Below, one piece after another: positions 1 to 6,390 of a stretch of DNA of 11,520 nt; positions within the stretch are counted from its first letter, which is position 1; each line of letters opens with the position of its first letter. Source of the stretch: a virus (taxonomy: Duplodnaviria > Heunggongvirae > Uroviricota > Caudoviricetes); the IMG/VR virus record IMGVR_UViG_2671180727_000025; one strand, given 5' to 3'. The notes beneath the pieces are model-generated. The model worked only from the letters and a program-made list of their open reading frames with translations, did no database searches and had not been told where the DNA came from. A program made the translations under genes and the position numbers.

Positions 1-17
1 AGGGGAGCATATGACAC

Positions 18-47
18 ATAAAACAAAGGCGACCGGGGGCGGTCGCC
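18..47 (-). terminator. Rho-independent terminator for the leftward regulator gene
   Basis: Perfect 8-bp GC-rich inverted repeat GGCGACCG (28-35) / CGGTCGCC (40-47) with a 4-nt loop; on the - strand it is followed by TTTGTTTTAT (complement of 18-27). Lies about 90 nt downstream of the stop of the - strand CDS 136..438. Confidence 0.55.
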
Positions 48-135
48 AATGGGAAAACACTAAACATAAGCCCGAACATCATAGCGATTTGCTGGCTGGT
101 GGGCAATGTGATCAGTGTGGTGGTTTGCTGGTGGA

Positions 136-438
136 TTATTCCGCTTCTTTGGCCTTGCGACGCTGGAGTTCTTCGCGTGCAACGGTGACAAGTTGCCCGA
201 TTTCTTCCGCTGCTTTGATGCCGATTTGTTCGACCTTAGCCAGAGCATCCAGTGAAGACACAAGGGGATTTTCTCCGCTGCCTTCTGCCTGGCGGCGTGC
301 TATTTCTCCGCGCATGGCGGTTACGATAAATCCTGCATTGCTCTCGCCGTCCAGCTTAACGGATTCCATGCCTTGCATGACATCGTGAGGGACTCTGAGC
401 GTTGTCATTTGAGATTTTGCGTTTTTGTATACGGACAT
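136..438 (-). CDS. Putative ribbon-helix-helix (CopG/Arc-like) transcriptional regulator, divergently transcribed
   Basis: 100-aa ORF with a GGTGA Shine-Dalgarno 6 nt upstream of the ATG (read on the - strand). The N-terminus (TTLRVPHDVMQGMESV...FIVTAMRGEIARR) fits a beta-strand/helix/helix pattern by eye. It sits directly beside the operator repeat array and opposite the rightward operon. Fold assignment is inference, no search was run. Confidence 0.45.
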   Translation of the reverse strand: MSVYKNAKSQMTTLRVPHDVMQGMESVKLDGESNAGFIVTAMRGEIARRQAEGSGENPLVSSLDALAKVEQIGIKAAEEIGQLVTVAREELQRRKAKEAE

Positions 439-456
439 AATTAATCACCAGTTTAT

Positions 457-560
457 TGTGTGTATATCACTATACAGTAAAGTGAGATATAAAAAAACTT
501 GAAATGTATATCACATCAATGTAACGTGTATCTCACATGATGATTATGTGTATCTCATGT
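457..560. promoter_or_regulatory. Divergent promoter/operator region with periodic TGTAT(A/C)TCAC repeats
   Basis: AT-rich intergenic region between divergent genes. Direct copies at 461-470 (TGTATATCAC), 505-514 (TGTATATCAC), 527-536 (TGTATCTCAC) and 549-558 (TGTATCTCAT), plus an inverted copy at 482-491 (GTGAGATATA). Centres are about 22 bp apart. The first site is part of a 16-bp palindrome, TGTATA-TCAC-TATACA (461-476). Confidence 0.6.
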
Positions 561-635
561 ACGAAAAGACGAAACCCCGCAGTGCTGGAACACATACGGG
601 GCTTCTAACCACAAACACTATAGAGAGGTAAATTT

Positions 636-833
636 ATGGTTGCCGTAAATCATACTCCACGACTAGCACACACACAAACGGCCTTTGTGTGGCGTTTTCT
701 GGCCCTGAGTGCCGGAGAATCTCAAATCATCCACGTAACCGCCTGGACGGAACGCGAAGCGCGTAACCGTTGCCCGTCCGGTTGTGTTGCTGTATTTGCC
801 GCCCGTATTCGTCAGGAGGTGCGCCATGATTAA
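636..833 (+). CDS. Hypothetical small protein, first gene of the rightward operon (possibly Icd-like, tentative)
   Basis: 65-aa ORF with ATG at 636 and a GAGAGG Shine-Dalgarno at 623-628 (7-nt spacing). Its stop overlaps the next gene's start. The motif ...FVWRF...VAVFAARI... is loosely reminiscent of Icd-like small proteins of P4-type elements; this is recollection only, not a search result. Confidence 0.4.
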   Translation: MVAVNHTPRLAHTQTAFVWRFLALSAGESQIIHVTAWTEREARNRCPSGCVAVFAARIRQEVRHD

Positions 834-1038
834 TCTGTCACTTACTGACCTTAACCGCATTCAGTTTCGTGAGAAATTCACAGGGCAGCTACTGGTCAAT
901 GTGGATAAAGGTCGCGTGGTGTGTAATTACCACTTACCAGATGAAGCAATTGTCGCCACAAGGGAATCATTACAGGAAATCACAAAACGTGCCGGAATGA
1001 TTAACACGAATATTCAGGGGATGCTTTATGCACAATAA
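826..1038 (+). CDS. Hypothetical protein
   Basis: 70-aa ORF starting at the internal ATG 826 of track ORF 784..1038, preceded by AGGAGG (814-819, 6-nt spacing). Overlaps the upstream stop by 8 nt, suggesting translational coupling. Confidence 0.5.
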   Translation: MINLSLTDLNRIQFREKFTGQLLVNVDKGRVVCNYHLPDEAIVATRESLQEITKRAGMINTNIQGMLYAQ

Positions 1039-1288
1039 AACCACACCGGACGCAGCCGCCGAAGCCATCAAAACGCTGATGCACGCGCTGATTGATATTT
1101 CTGTTATCGCGGACAGGGCACATAAGCACGCCACCAGCGAAACAGAATATGCCGGGGCTTTCGTTCCTCATTCGCTGGCGGTTATGCAACTTAGTGCTGA
1201 TATGGCGCTGAATGAGGCCAAAGCTATCCTGATTGCTGATTGTGAAAATGGGGGGGGGTTATGCGTGATGATCGTTTTTATTCCCTGA
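1028..1288 (+). CDS. Hypothetical protein
   Basis: 86-aa ORF with ATG at 1028 and an AGGGG Shine-Dalgarno (1016-1020). Its 3' end reads through a G9 homopolymer (1250-1258) and overlaps the next gene by 28 nt. Confidence 0.45.
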   Translation: MHNKTTPDAAAEAIKTLMHALIDISVIADRAHKHATSETEYAGAFVPHSLAVMQLSADMALNEAKAILIADCENGGGLCVMIVFIP

Positions 1289-1494
1289 AACAAGAATTTT
1301 CCGGCGTATCTGATGATGCGGCTGATGCGCTTTCGTCAATGCCAGAACTTATTAGAGCGGCTTTTTTCTTACTTTCCACGAAAGAATATAAATCAACGGG
1401 ACTTGATGTACTGAATATCACCGCCGATTATGCGGAATATGTGGCAGAGGCGCGTTACAGAAGAAAATTTCCTGAGGATGTAAGCCATGCGTGA
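1261..1494 (+). CDS. Hypothetical protein
   Basis: 77-aa ORF with ATG at 1261 immediately after the G-rich tract, which can serve as its Shine-Dalgarno. Its stop overlaps the next start (ATGCGTGA). Confidence 0.45.
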   Translation: MRDDRFYSLKQEFSGVSDDAADALSSMPELIRAAFFLLSTKEYKSTGLDVLNITADYAEYVAEARYRRKFPEDVSHA

Positions 1495-1720
1495 TATTTA
1501 TCTTGAAACAATAGACCGCGCATCACTTGCACTTTCTCACAGTGAAAACATGATGGAAATATTGCGGATGTGCCTTGAATCCTTTGGCGATAATGAACGT
1601 AATGCAAAAAAAACGCGGATTATTACATCATTAATAACGCTTCTTGAGCCTGTAATAAATGAGTTGCAGGAAATAGAGACATTGCACGACAGATATAACG
1701 AACAGCACACCGGAGAATAA
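1487..1720 (+). CDS. Hypothetical protein
   Basis: 77-aa ORF with ATG at 1487 and a GAGGA Shine-Dalgarno (1474-1478). Overlaps the upstream stop. Confidence 0.45.
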   Translation: MRDIYLETIDRASLALSHSENMMEILRMCLESFGDNERNAKKTRIITSLITLLEPVINELQEIETLHDRYNEQHTGE

Positions 1721-1725
1721 AAATA

Positions 1726-2025
1726 ATGAAACTTAAATATTCTGGCTTAACTGCCAGTGGCAACACTCACCCTAAATTTACGCGCGGTGATATTTACCGC
1801 GACCAGTACGGCGGCACGGTAATGATTAAGGGCGTGGCGGGACGGTGCGTAACTTACCGCCGTGAAGGTTACGAATATGATTGCGTGATGCCTGTTTATC
1901 AGTTCCGGCGTGATTTTTCTCTGGTACAGACCGCGCCGCATAACGTGCCCACCAGCAACGCCAGGGCACGGGCAAACCTCCAGAAGCTGAAAACCATGAT
2001 TAACGGATTCAGGGGTAAAAAATGA
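1726..2025 (+). CDS. Hypothetical protein
   Basis: 99-aa ORF with ATG at 1726 and a GGAGAA Shine-Dalgarno (1712-1717). Its stop overlaps the start of the helicase gene (ATGA at 2022-2025). Confidence 0.5.
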   Translation: MKLKYSGLTASGNTHPKFTRGDIYRDQYGGTVMIKGVAGRCVTYRREGYEYDCVMPVYQFRRDFSLVQTAPHNVPTSNARARANLQKLKTMINGFRGKK

Positions 2026-3431
2026 AACTGGCACCGAACGTAAAACTATTACCGAAAGACAAATACACCGATGCGATTATTTTTGCGGGTATTGATGCTC
2101 ATTCATTCGCAGAGCATTACATCATTGCACAGGCCAAAAAAGCAGGCGATCCAGTCCCTCCCGTTTATCTGGGGCGTTATCAGTTAAGCGAACTGGATAA
2201 CCTCCAGATTGTTGATGATGGGCGATACAGGGCGACGGTGATACGCGCCGGAAATATTGAAGAGCCGCAGCTGTTAACCATCGCCACGAAACTGGCGATC
2301 GCCGGAGTCCAGGAGGCGCGGCTACTTTCTGAAAATTTCGAATTGCTGGAGGAATGGAGCGACCAGCTTCCACGGCTTAGGGAGGCATGGGAACGCGGGG
2401 AAAGCCTGGTCATGAAAAAAATCCCCCAGCGAAAAACCACGCTACCGATGAGCGTTGGATCTACCGGATACGACACACAGCTTGATTACGTGGTAAAGGG
2501 GATTATTCCGGCATCGTCGCTTTGCAGCATATACGGGGCGAGCGGTTCCTATAAATCATTCCTTGCCGGATCGTGGGCGTGTCACGTTTCCACGGGCCGC
2601 CAGTGGGGAGGCCGCAGGGTGGCGCATGGCGCTGTTCTCTATGTGGTTGGTGAAGGCGGTATCGGCGTTCCGCGTCGTGTAAAAGCCTGGGAGGTTGTGC
2701 ACGGTGAGCAGGTGAAAAATCTGTATCTGGTAAACCGTCCCATCTTTCCGGCTGTCCCGCTTGATGTTGATGAACTGGTTATTGCTGCCAGTCAGGTGGA
2801 GAGGGAAACGGGTAAACCTGTTCGCATGATTATTCTGGACACGCTGGCGCGCTGCTTTGGCGGCAATGATGAAAATGACTCCCGCGACATGGGGGCGTTT
2901 ATCCGTGGGTGTGACGAACTGAAACGACGCACAGGGGCCACGGTGCTGGTGGTTCACCATTCCGGCAAGGATGAGACGAAAGGCGCGCGCGGTTCCAGTG
3001 CATTTCGTGCTTCGCTGGATGCTGAATACCGGATACGCAGGGAGGACGCAGGAAGCGAAGCGCTGGTTATCTCATGCACCAAAATGAAGGACGCGGAGGA
3101 ACTCAAAGAGGCTGCCTATGATTTGCGGGTAGTGGAGCTTTTTACCGACGCTGACGGGGAGTTAATCACGTCGCTGGTGGTGGTGGATAAGCCGCGCCCT
3201 CCCGTTGAACTGGAGCGCATCGAAGAGGCAGGCAACAAGACGGAAAACCATACCGCGCTATGGGGGTGTATCCGTTCACGCACACAGAACGGCGACAAGT
3301 GCACGATCCCGCTGTTACGTGATGACATGAAAAAACTGGGGTACGAAATAAAGCACTTCCGGCGCTGGCTGGGCAAGCTGGAAAAAGACGGCGTTATCTA
3401 TGTTGACGGCGATGATGTAGGGCCACTGTAA
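2022..3431 (+). CDS. Replication initiator/helicase, RepA-like AAA_25 (RecA-fold) ATPase
   Basis: 469-aa ORF. Walker A-like IYGASGSYKS, Walker B-like VRMIILDTLARCFGG, and a downstream VLVVHHSGKD motif are typical of RepA/DnaB-like AAA_25 helicases of plasmids and PICI/satellite Rep proteins. No primase zinc-finger or TOPRIM motif recognised by eye. An iteron array begins 1 nt after the stop. Confidence 0.8.
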   Translation: MKLAPNVKLLPKDKYTDAIIFAGIDAHSFAEHYIIAQAKKAGDPVPPVYLGRYQLSELDNLQIVDDGRYRATVIRAGNIEEPQLLTIATKLAIAGVQEARLLSENFELLEEWSDQLPRLREAWERGESLVMKKIPQRKTTLPMSVGSTGYDTQLDYVVKGIIPASSLCSIYGASGSYKSFLAGSWACHVSTGRQWGGRRVAHGAVLYVVGEGGIGVPRRVKAWEVVHGEQVKNLYLVNRPIFPAVPLDVDELVIAASQVERETGKPVRMIILDTLARCFGGNDENDSRDMGAFIRGCDELKRRTGATVLVVHHSGKDETKGARGSSAFRASLDAEYRIRREDAGSEALVISCTKMKDAEELKEAAYDLRVVELFTDADGELITSLVVVDKPRPPVELERIEEAGNKTENHTALWGCIRSRTQNGDKCTIPLLRDDMKKLGYEIKHFRRWLGKLEKDGVIYVDGDDVGPL

Positions 3432-3634
3432 AAAGTGGGGGGCAAAAGTGGTGGGCATGGGGAATTTAACAAAATTTAAACACGACCCCCCACTTTTTGA
3501 CCTGTATACATCCCAAAAAGTGGGGAGCAAAAAAAATTCTTATGAAACAGTATGATAAAAATTACAAATCCCACGCCTTTAACGAGATGGGGAATTGTGA
3601 AAAGTGGGGAGTAAAAGTGGGTATAGGTGGGGAG
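3432..3634. repeat. Iteron array, putative origin of replication
   Basis: At least seven copies of (A)AAAGTGGGG(A/G): 3432-3442, 3444-3455, inverted 3486-3498 (CCCCCCACTTTTT), 3515-3527, 3599-3611, 3613-3622, and a degenerate 3623-3634. Two repeat clusters flank an AT-rich core (about 3528-3598). Position immediately downstream of the Rep helicase matches rep-ori organisation in PICI/SaPI-type elements. Confidence 0.6.
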
Positions 3635-3886
3635 ATGACACAAAAACGCAAAGACAGAACACAGCCAAAATATAAAGCGTTAGACATGACAGAGCACGCT
3701 TTAAAGGTGGCAATCAGAACGATAGACCGCCACGCGGGGGAAGGATACGCGAAGGAGCATCCCGAACTGATAAGCGCATTCATGACCACAGCGGCGGCAA
3801 ACTTTGCCACGCTGACAGAACGGGAGATTGCCGAAGCGGAACAGGTAACAACAATCAACGTTAAAACCGGAGAGGTGGAATCATGA
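3635..3886 (+). CDS. Hypothetical protein
   Basis: Internal ATG 3635 of track ORF 3497..3886, 83 aa. Chosen because the upstream in-frame portion merely translates the iteron repeats (KWGVKVGIGGE). A G-rich stretch (3626-3634) lies just upstream. Start is uncertain; alternatives are ATG 3587 and ATG 3542. Confidence 0.4.
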   Translation: MTQKRKDRTQPKYKALDMTEHALKVAIRTIDRHAGEGYAKEHPELISAFMTTAAANFATLTEREIAEAEQVTTINVKTGEVES

Positions 3887-4188
3887 GCGAACCAAAATTT
3901 GGTGAAAAATTTTACAAGCACAACGGACGGATCACGATTCTGCAAATAAGCGCAGCTACACCAGGCTGGTGGGTTGAAACAGACGAAGGATCCTCACCCG
4001 TGGCATCATGGGCGCTTTGTGTGCTTAGTTACCCTGACCGCGATGTGTATCAGGATATTCTGCCTGTGATATCCACAGACAAAGGCATGAAACCCGTAGA
4101 CATCAAAAGCATGGGTTTTCAGTGCGTAATGCTCACTGAAAAAATGATGGAAGAGATGAAAAAGAACAACGCCGGATCGCTTCACTGA
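3883..4188 (+). CDS. Hypothetical protein
   Basis: 101-aa ORF with ATG at 3883 overlapping the upstream stop (ATGA) and a GGAGAGGTGG Shine-Dalgarno at 3869-3878. Confidence 0.5.
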   Translation: MSEPKFGEKFYKHNGRITILQISAATPGWWVETDEGSSPVASWALCVLSYPDRDVYQDILPVISTDKGMKPVDIKSMGFQCVMLTEKMMEEMKKNNAGSLH

Positions 4189-4197
4189 GGTGGCAAT

Positions 4198-4608
4198 ATG
4201 ACAGCACAAATTGCAGCTTACGGGCGGCTGGTGGACGACCCGCTGGTAAAACAGAGCAGCAAGGGCACACCGATGACTCTGGCGCGTATGGCGGTATCGT
4301 TGCCATGCAGCCAGGCACATGACGGACAGGCGACGTTATGGTTATCGGTTATCGCATTTGGCAAACAGGCCGATTTCCTGGCTAAACATCAAAAAGGCGA
4401 TGTTGCCAGCGTATCCGGCACGATGCAGGTAAGCCAGTGGACCGGACAGAACGGGGAAACACGGCAGGGGTATCAGGTTATTGCGGACAGCGTAATCAGT
4501 GCCCGCGCGGCACGTCCTGGCGGGAACAGACGCAAAGCCACAGGCACACAGGGTAATCAGCCACCAGCGGGAGGTGATGACCCTTACGGTGATGATATTC
4601 CGTTCTGA
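4198..4608 (+). CDS. ssb: Single-stranded DNA-binding protein (short SSB with acidic C-terminal tip)
   Basis: 136-aa ORF. OB-fold-like N-terminal region, a Gly/Pro/Gln-rich linker, and a C-terminus DDPYGDDIPF that matches the conserved acidic SSB tail (DDDIPF). GAGGTGG Shine-Dalgarno at 4187-4193. Confidence 0.8.
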   Translation: MTAQIAAYGRLVDDPLVKQSSKGTPMTLARMAVSLPCSQAHDGQATLWLSVIAFGKQADFLAKHQKGDVASVSGTMQVSQWTGQNGETRQGYQVIADSVISARAARPGGNRRKATGTQGNQPPAGGDDPYGDDIPF

Positions 4609-4618
4609 GGGGGTGACG

Positions 4619-4891
4619 ATGGCACATGACCGCATAGCGGAGGAACTCGAGGCAAAAGGCTTTTACCGGAGGGCGGCGGCGCGATGGGGTGAAGTCATGC
4701 AACTGGTGGAGACAGACAAGGAACGGCATCAGGTTACGATGCGACGGCTGGAATGTTCCAGGAAGGCACAGAGGCCACCGGAGCCGCCGGATAACTTCGG
4801 AGACCTGAGAAAGGCAGTCGATCGCACTTATGCTGAAATGGGTATGGATGGTGTAAGCGATGAAATATGGCGTAATTACACAGACAGCTAA
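4619..4891 (+). CDS. PerC-family transcriptional regulator (tentative)
   Basis: 90-aa ORF from the internal ATG 4619 of track ORF 4499..4891, with a GAGGGGG Shine-Dalgarno (4607-4613). The N-terminal motif AEELEAKGFYRRAAARWGEVM resembles the conserved PerC/Pch N-terminus as I recall it. Followed by a strong terminator. Confidence 0.5.
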   Translation: MAHDRIAEELEAKGFYRRAAARWGEVMQLVETDKERHQVTMRRLECSRKAQRPPEPPDNFGDLRKAVDRTYAEMGMDGVSDEIWRNYTDS

Positions 4892-4896
4892 TCAAC

Positions 4897-4929
4897 AGCC
4901 GGAGCAATCCGGCTTTTTGTTATTTTTTG
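4897..4929 (+). terminator. Rho-independent terminator
   Basis: AGCCGGA (4897-4903), GCAA loop, TCCGGCT (4908-4914), followed by TTTTTGTTATTTTTTG. Sits 6 nt after the PerC-like stop. Confidence 0.8.
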
Positions 4930-5178
4930 TAAATTATTTGTTCGTGGTTGTTCCACGTTGTTCACTGAGCGGATCGGCATATTTTACCCGAACTGAATCA
5001 TGATTATTCTCGCCCGTGGTGCCAGGACGCTGGGGCCACTTTCCCGCCTGTTAATGTGCTCGCCAATATTCATTACCAGGCGGGAAAACGATCGGTGCGA
5101 TTACTGATTTCCTTATGAAAAACGGTTGAGTGTTTGCCGCGTCCTGGAGTTCCTTACTTAACCCCAGGACTTTTTTTT
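4930..5178 (+). promoter_or_regulatory. Leader/control region of the head-morphogenesis operon
   Basis: About 250 bp of non-coding DNA between a strong terminator and the capsid gene. Contains tandem GTTGTTC(C)AC repeats (4947-4965), a candidate sigma70-like promoter (TTGTTC 4958-4963, 16-nt spacer, TATTTT 4980-4985), a perfect 9-bp inverted repeat TCCCGCCTG (5042-5050) / CAGGCGGGA (5077-5085), and a hairpin GTCCTGG (5141-5147) / CCAGGAC (5164-5170) followed by T8 (5171-5178) abutting the capsid ATG. Confidence 0.4.
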
Positions 5179-6336
5179 ATGCAGAGAATAATCGAATTAC
5201 GCCAGCAGAAAACCGCCATTAAAAATCAGATGCGCGACATGCTGGAGAACGCGGAAAAAGAAAACCGCAGTCTTAACGATGCTGAGGGCGCAAAATTTGA
5301 CGAATTACGCGCTAAAGCTGAATCCCTCGATAAAGACATTTCCCGCCTTGAAGCCATTGCAGACGAAGAGCGCAGCAAGCCAGGTAAAAGCAGCCAGACC
5401 ACTGACCCCGCAGAACTACGCAGCTACATTCTGACAGGTGAAACCCGCGCATTAAGTACAGGCGTTCCCGCTGATGGTGGTTATACCGTTATCCCCGAAC
5501 TGAACACCGAAATCATGCGAATGCTGGCGGATGAATCCACCATGCGCCGCATCTGTACCGTGAAAAAAATCAGCAGCAACGAGTTTAAGCAGCTTGTTTC
5601 CGCTGGCGGTGCGACCGTTAACCACGGTGAAGAGGGTAAGGCACGCGAACAGACCAGCACCCCGCAGATTAACGAGGTGAGCATTAAGCTGTATCCGGTC
5701 TATGCGTACCCGCGCACCACACAGGAAATCGTGGATTTTTCCGATGTGGACATCCTTTCATGGCTGACGGGTGAGATTGGCGACACCTTCACGGAAACCG
5801 AAGAAAGCGATCTGGTTGTGGGCGACGGTGACAAAAAAGCAAAAGGTTTTTTATCCGTACCCCGTGCAGAGAAGAACGACAAAGAGCGTGATTTTGGTAC
5901 GTTGCAGGTAATTAAACCTTCCGAATCTCTGGCGTGGACATCTGCGGACCCGCTGATCGACCTGAAATTTGCATTACGTAAAAAATACCGCAAAAACGCG
6001 GTCTGGGTGGTTAACTCCACGACGGCGGCAAAACTCCAGAAGGTGAAGAACGCGAACGGTGATTACATCTGGCGTGACCGTTTACAGGCGGGTGATCCTG
6101 ATACGTTGCTGGGCCTTCCGGTCGAATATCTGGAGTTTATGCCTGATAACGTTATTGCCCTGGGTGACTTCAAACGCGGTTACTACATTGTTGATCACGA
6201 AACAGGTGTTCGCACCAGACCGGACAACCTCACAGAGCCGGGCTTCATCAAAATTTTCACGCAGAAATATTTAGGCGGTGGCGTGGTGGATTCGAACGCG
6301 ATCAAGATTCTGGAACTGCCACAGGACGACGATTAA
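5179..6336 (+). CDS. Major capsid protein, HK97 family, with N-terminal coiled-coil delta/scaffold domain
   Basis: 385 aa from ATG 5179; the track ORF starts at an upstream in-frame TTG 5134. N-terminal 90 aa are charged and coiled-coil-like (ELRQQKTAIKNQMRDMLENAEKE...). The C-terminal body has HK97-fold-like motifs (VVGDGDKKAKGFLS, YIWRDRLQAGDPDTLLGLPVEYLEFMP). No clear Shine-Dalgarno for either start. Confidence 0.88.
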   Translation: MQRIIELRQQKTAIKNQMRDMLENAEKENRSLNDAEGAKFDELRAKAESLDKDISRLEAIADEERSKPGKSSQTTDPAELRSYILTGETRALSTGVPADGGYTVIPELNTEIMRMLADESTMRRICTVKKISSNEFKQLVSAGGATVNHGEEGKAREQTSTPQINEVSIKLYPVYAYPRTTQEIVDFSDVDILSWLTGEIGDTFTETEESDLVVGDGDKKAKGFLSVPRAEKNDKERDFGTLQVIKPSESLAWTSADPLIDLKFALRKKYRKNAVWVVNSTTAAKLQKVKNANGDYIWRDRLQAGDPDTLLGLPVEYLEFMPDNVIALGDFKRGYYIVDHETGVRTRPDNLTEPGFIKIFTQKYLGGGVVDSNAIKILELPQDDD

Positions 6337-6346
6337 CAGCATACAG

Positions 6347-6375
6347 AAGGGGCTTAAAAGCCCCTTTAGTGTTTT
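6347..6375 (+). terminator. Intra-operon terminator-like hairpin between capsid and protease genes
   Basis: Stem AAGGGGC (6347-6353) / GCCCCTT (6360-6366) with a 6-nt loop, followed by TAGTGTTTT. Located 10 nt after the capsid stop. Confidence 0.6.
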
Positions 6376-6390
6376 ATGGGTGAAAAAATT

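Noticed and set aside
60-263. 67-aa - strand ORF
   Set aside because: Overlaps the 3' end of the 136..438 gene in another frame, has no start signals and spans the terminator hairpin; judged non-coding.
11-388. 125-aa + strand ORF at the left edge
   Set aside because: Ser/Ala/Pro-rich, low-complexity translation with no Shine-Dalgarno, lying entirely antisense to the better-supported - strand regulator gene (136..438) and across its terminator; most likely a spurious antisense frame.
574-600. CCCCG...CGGGG inverted repeat read as a possible terminator
   Set aside because: Only a 5-bp stem with a 17-nt loop and no T-run; too weak to call.
2556-2960. 134-aa - strand ORF (and other - strand ORFs 2122..2476, 3116..3530, 4006..4729, 5481..6020, 6501..6888, 8253..8955, 9712..10865)
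   Set aside because: All lie antisense within well-supported + strand genes, lack ribosome-binding sites, and have biased low-complexity translations; treated as frame artefacts.
3497-3634. Upstream extension of ORF 3497..3886 (129 aa, or starts at 3542/3587)
   Set aside because: This part of the frame merely translates the iteron repeats (KWGVKVGIGGE), so the 3635 start is preferred; not fully excluded.
3432-3634. Short repeat cluster considered as a CRISPR array
   Set aside because: Repeats are about 10-12 bp, in both orientations, irregularly spaced with no uniform spacers; this is an iteron pattern, not CRISPR.
5134-5178. TTG start at 5134 for the capsid gene, as given by the ORF track
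   Set aside because: It would translate the leader hairpin and T8 tract (PRPGVPYLTPGLFF). ATG 5179 yields a typical coiled-coil delta-domain N-terminus. Neither start has a clear Shine-Dalgarno, so this stays uncertain.
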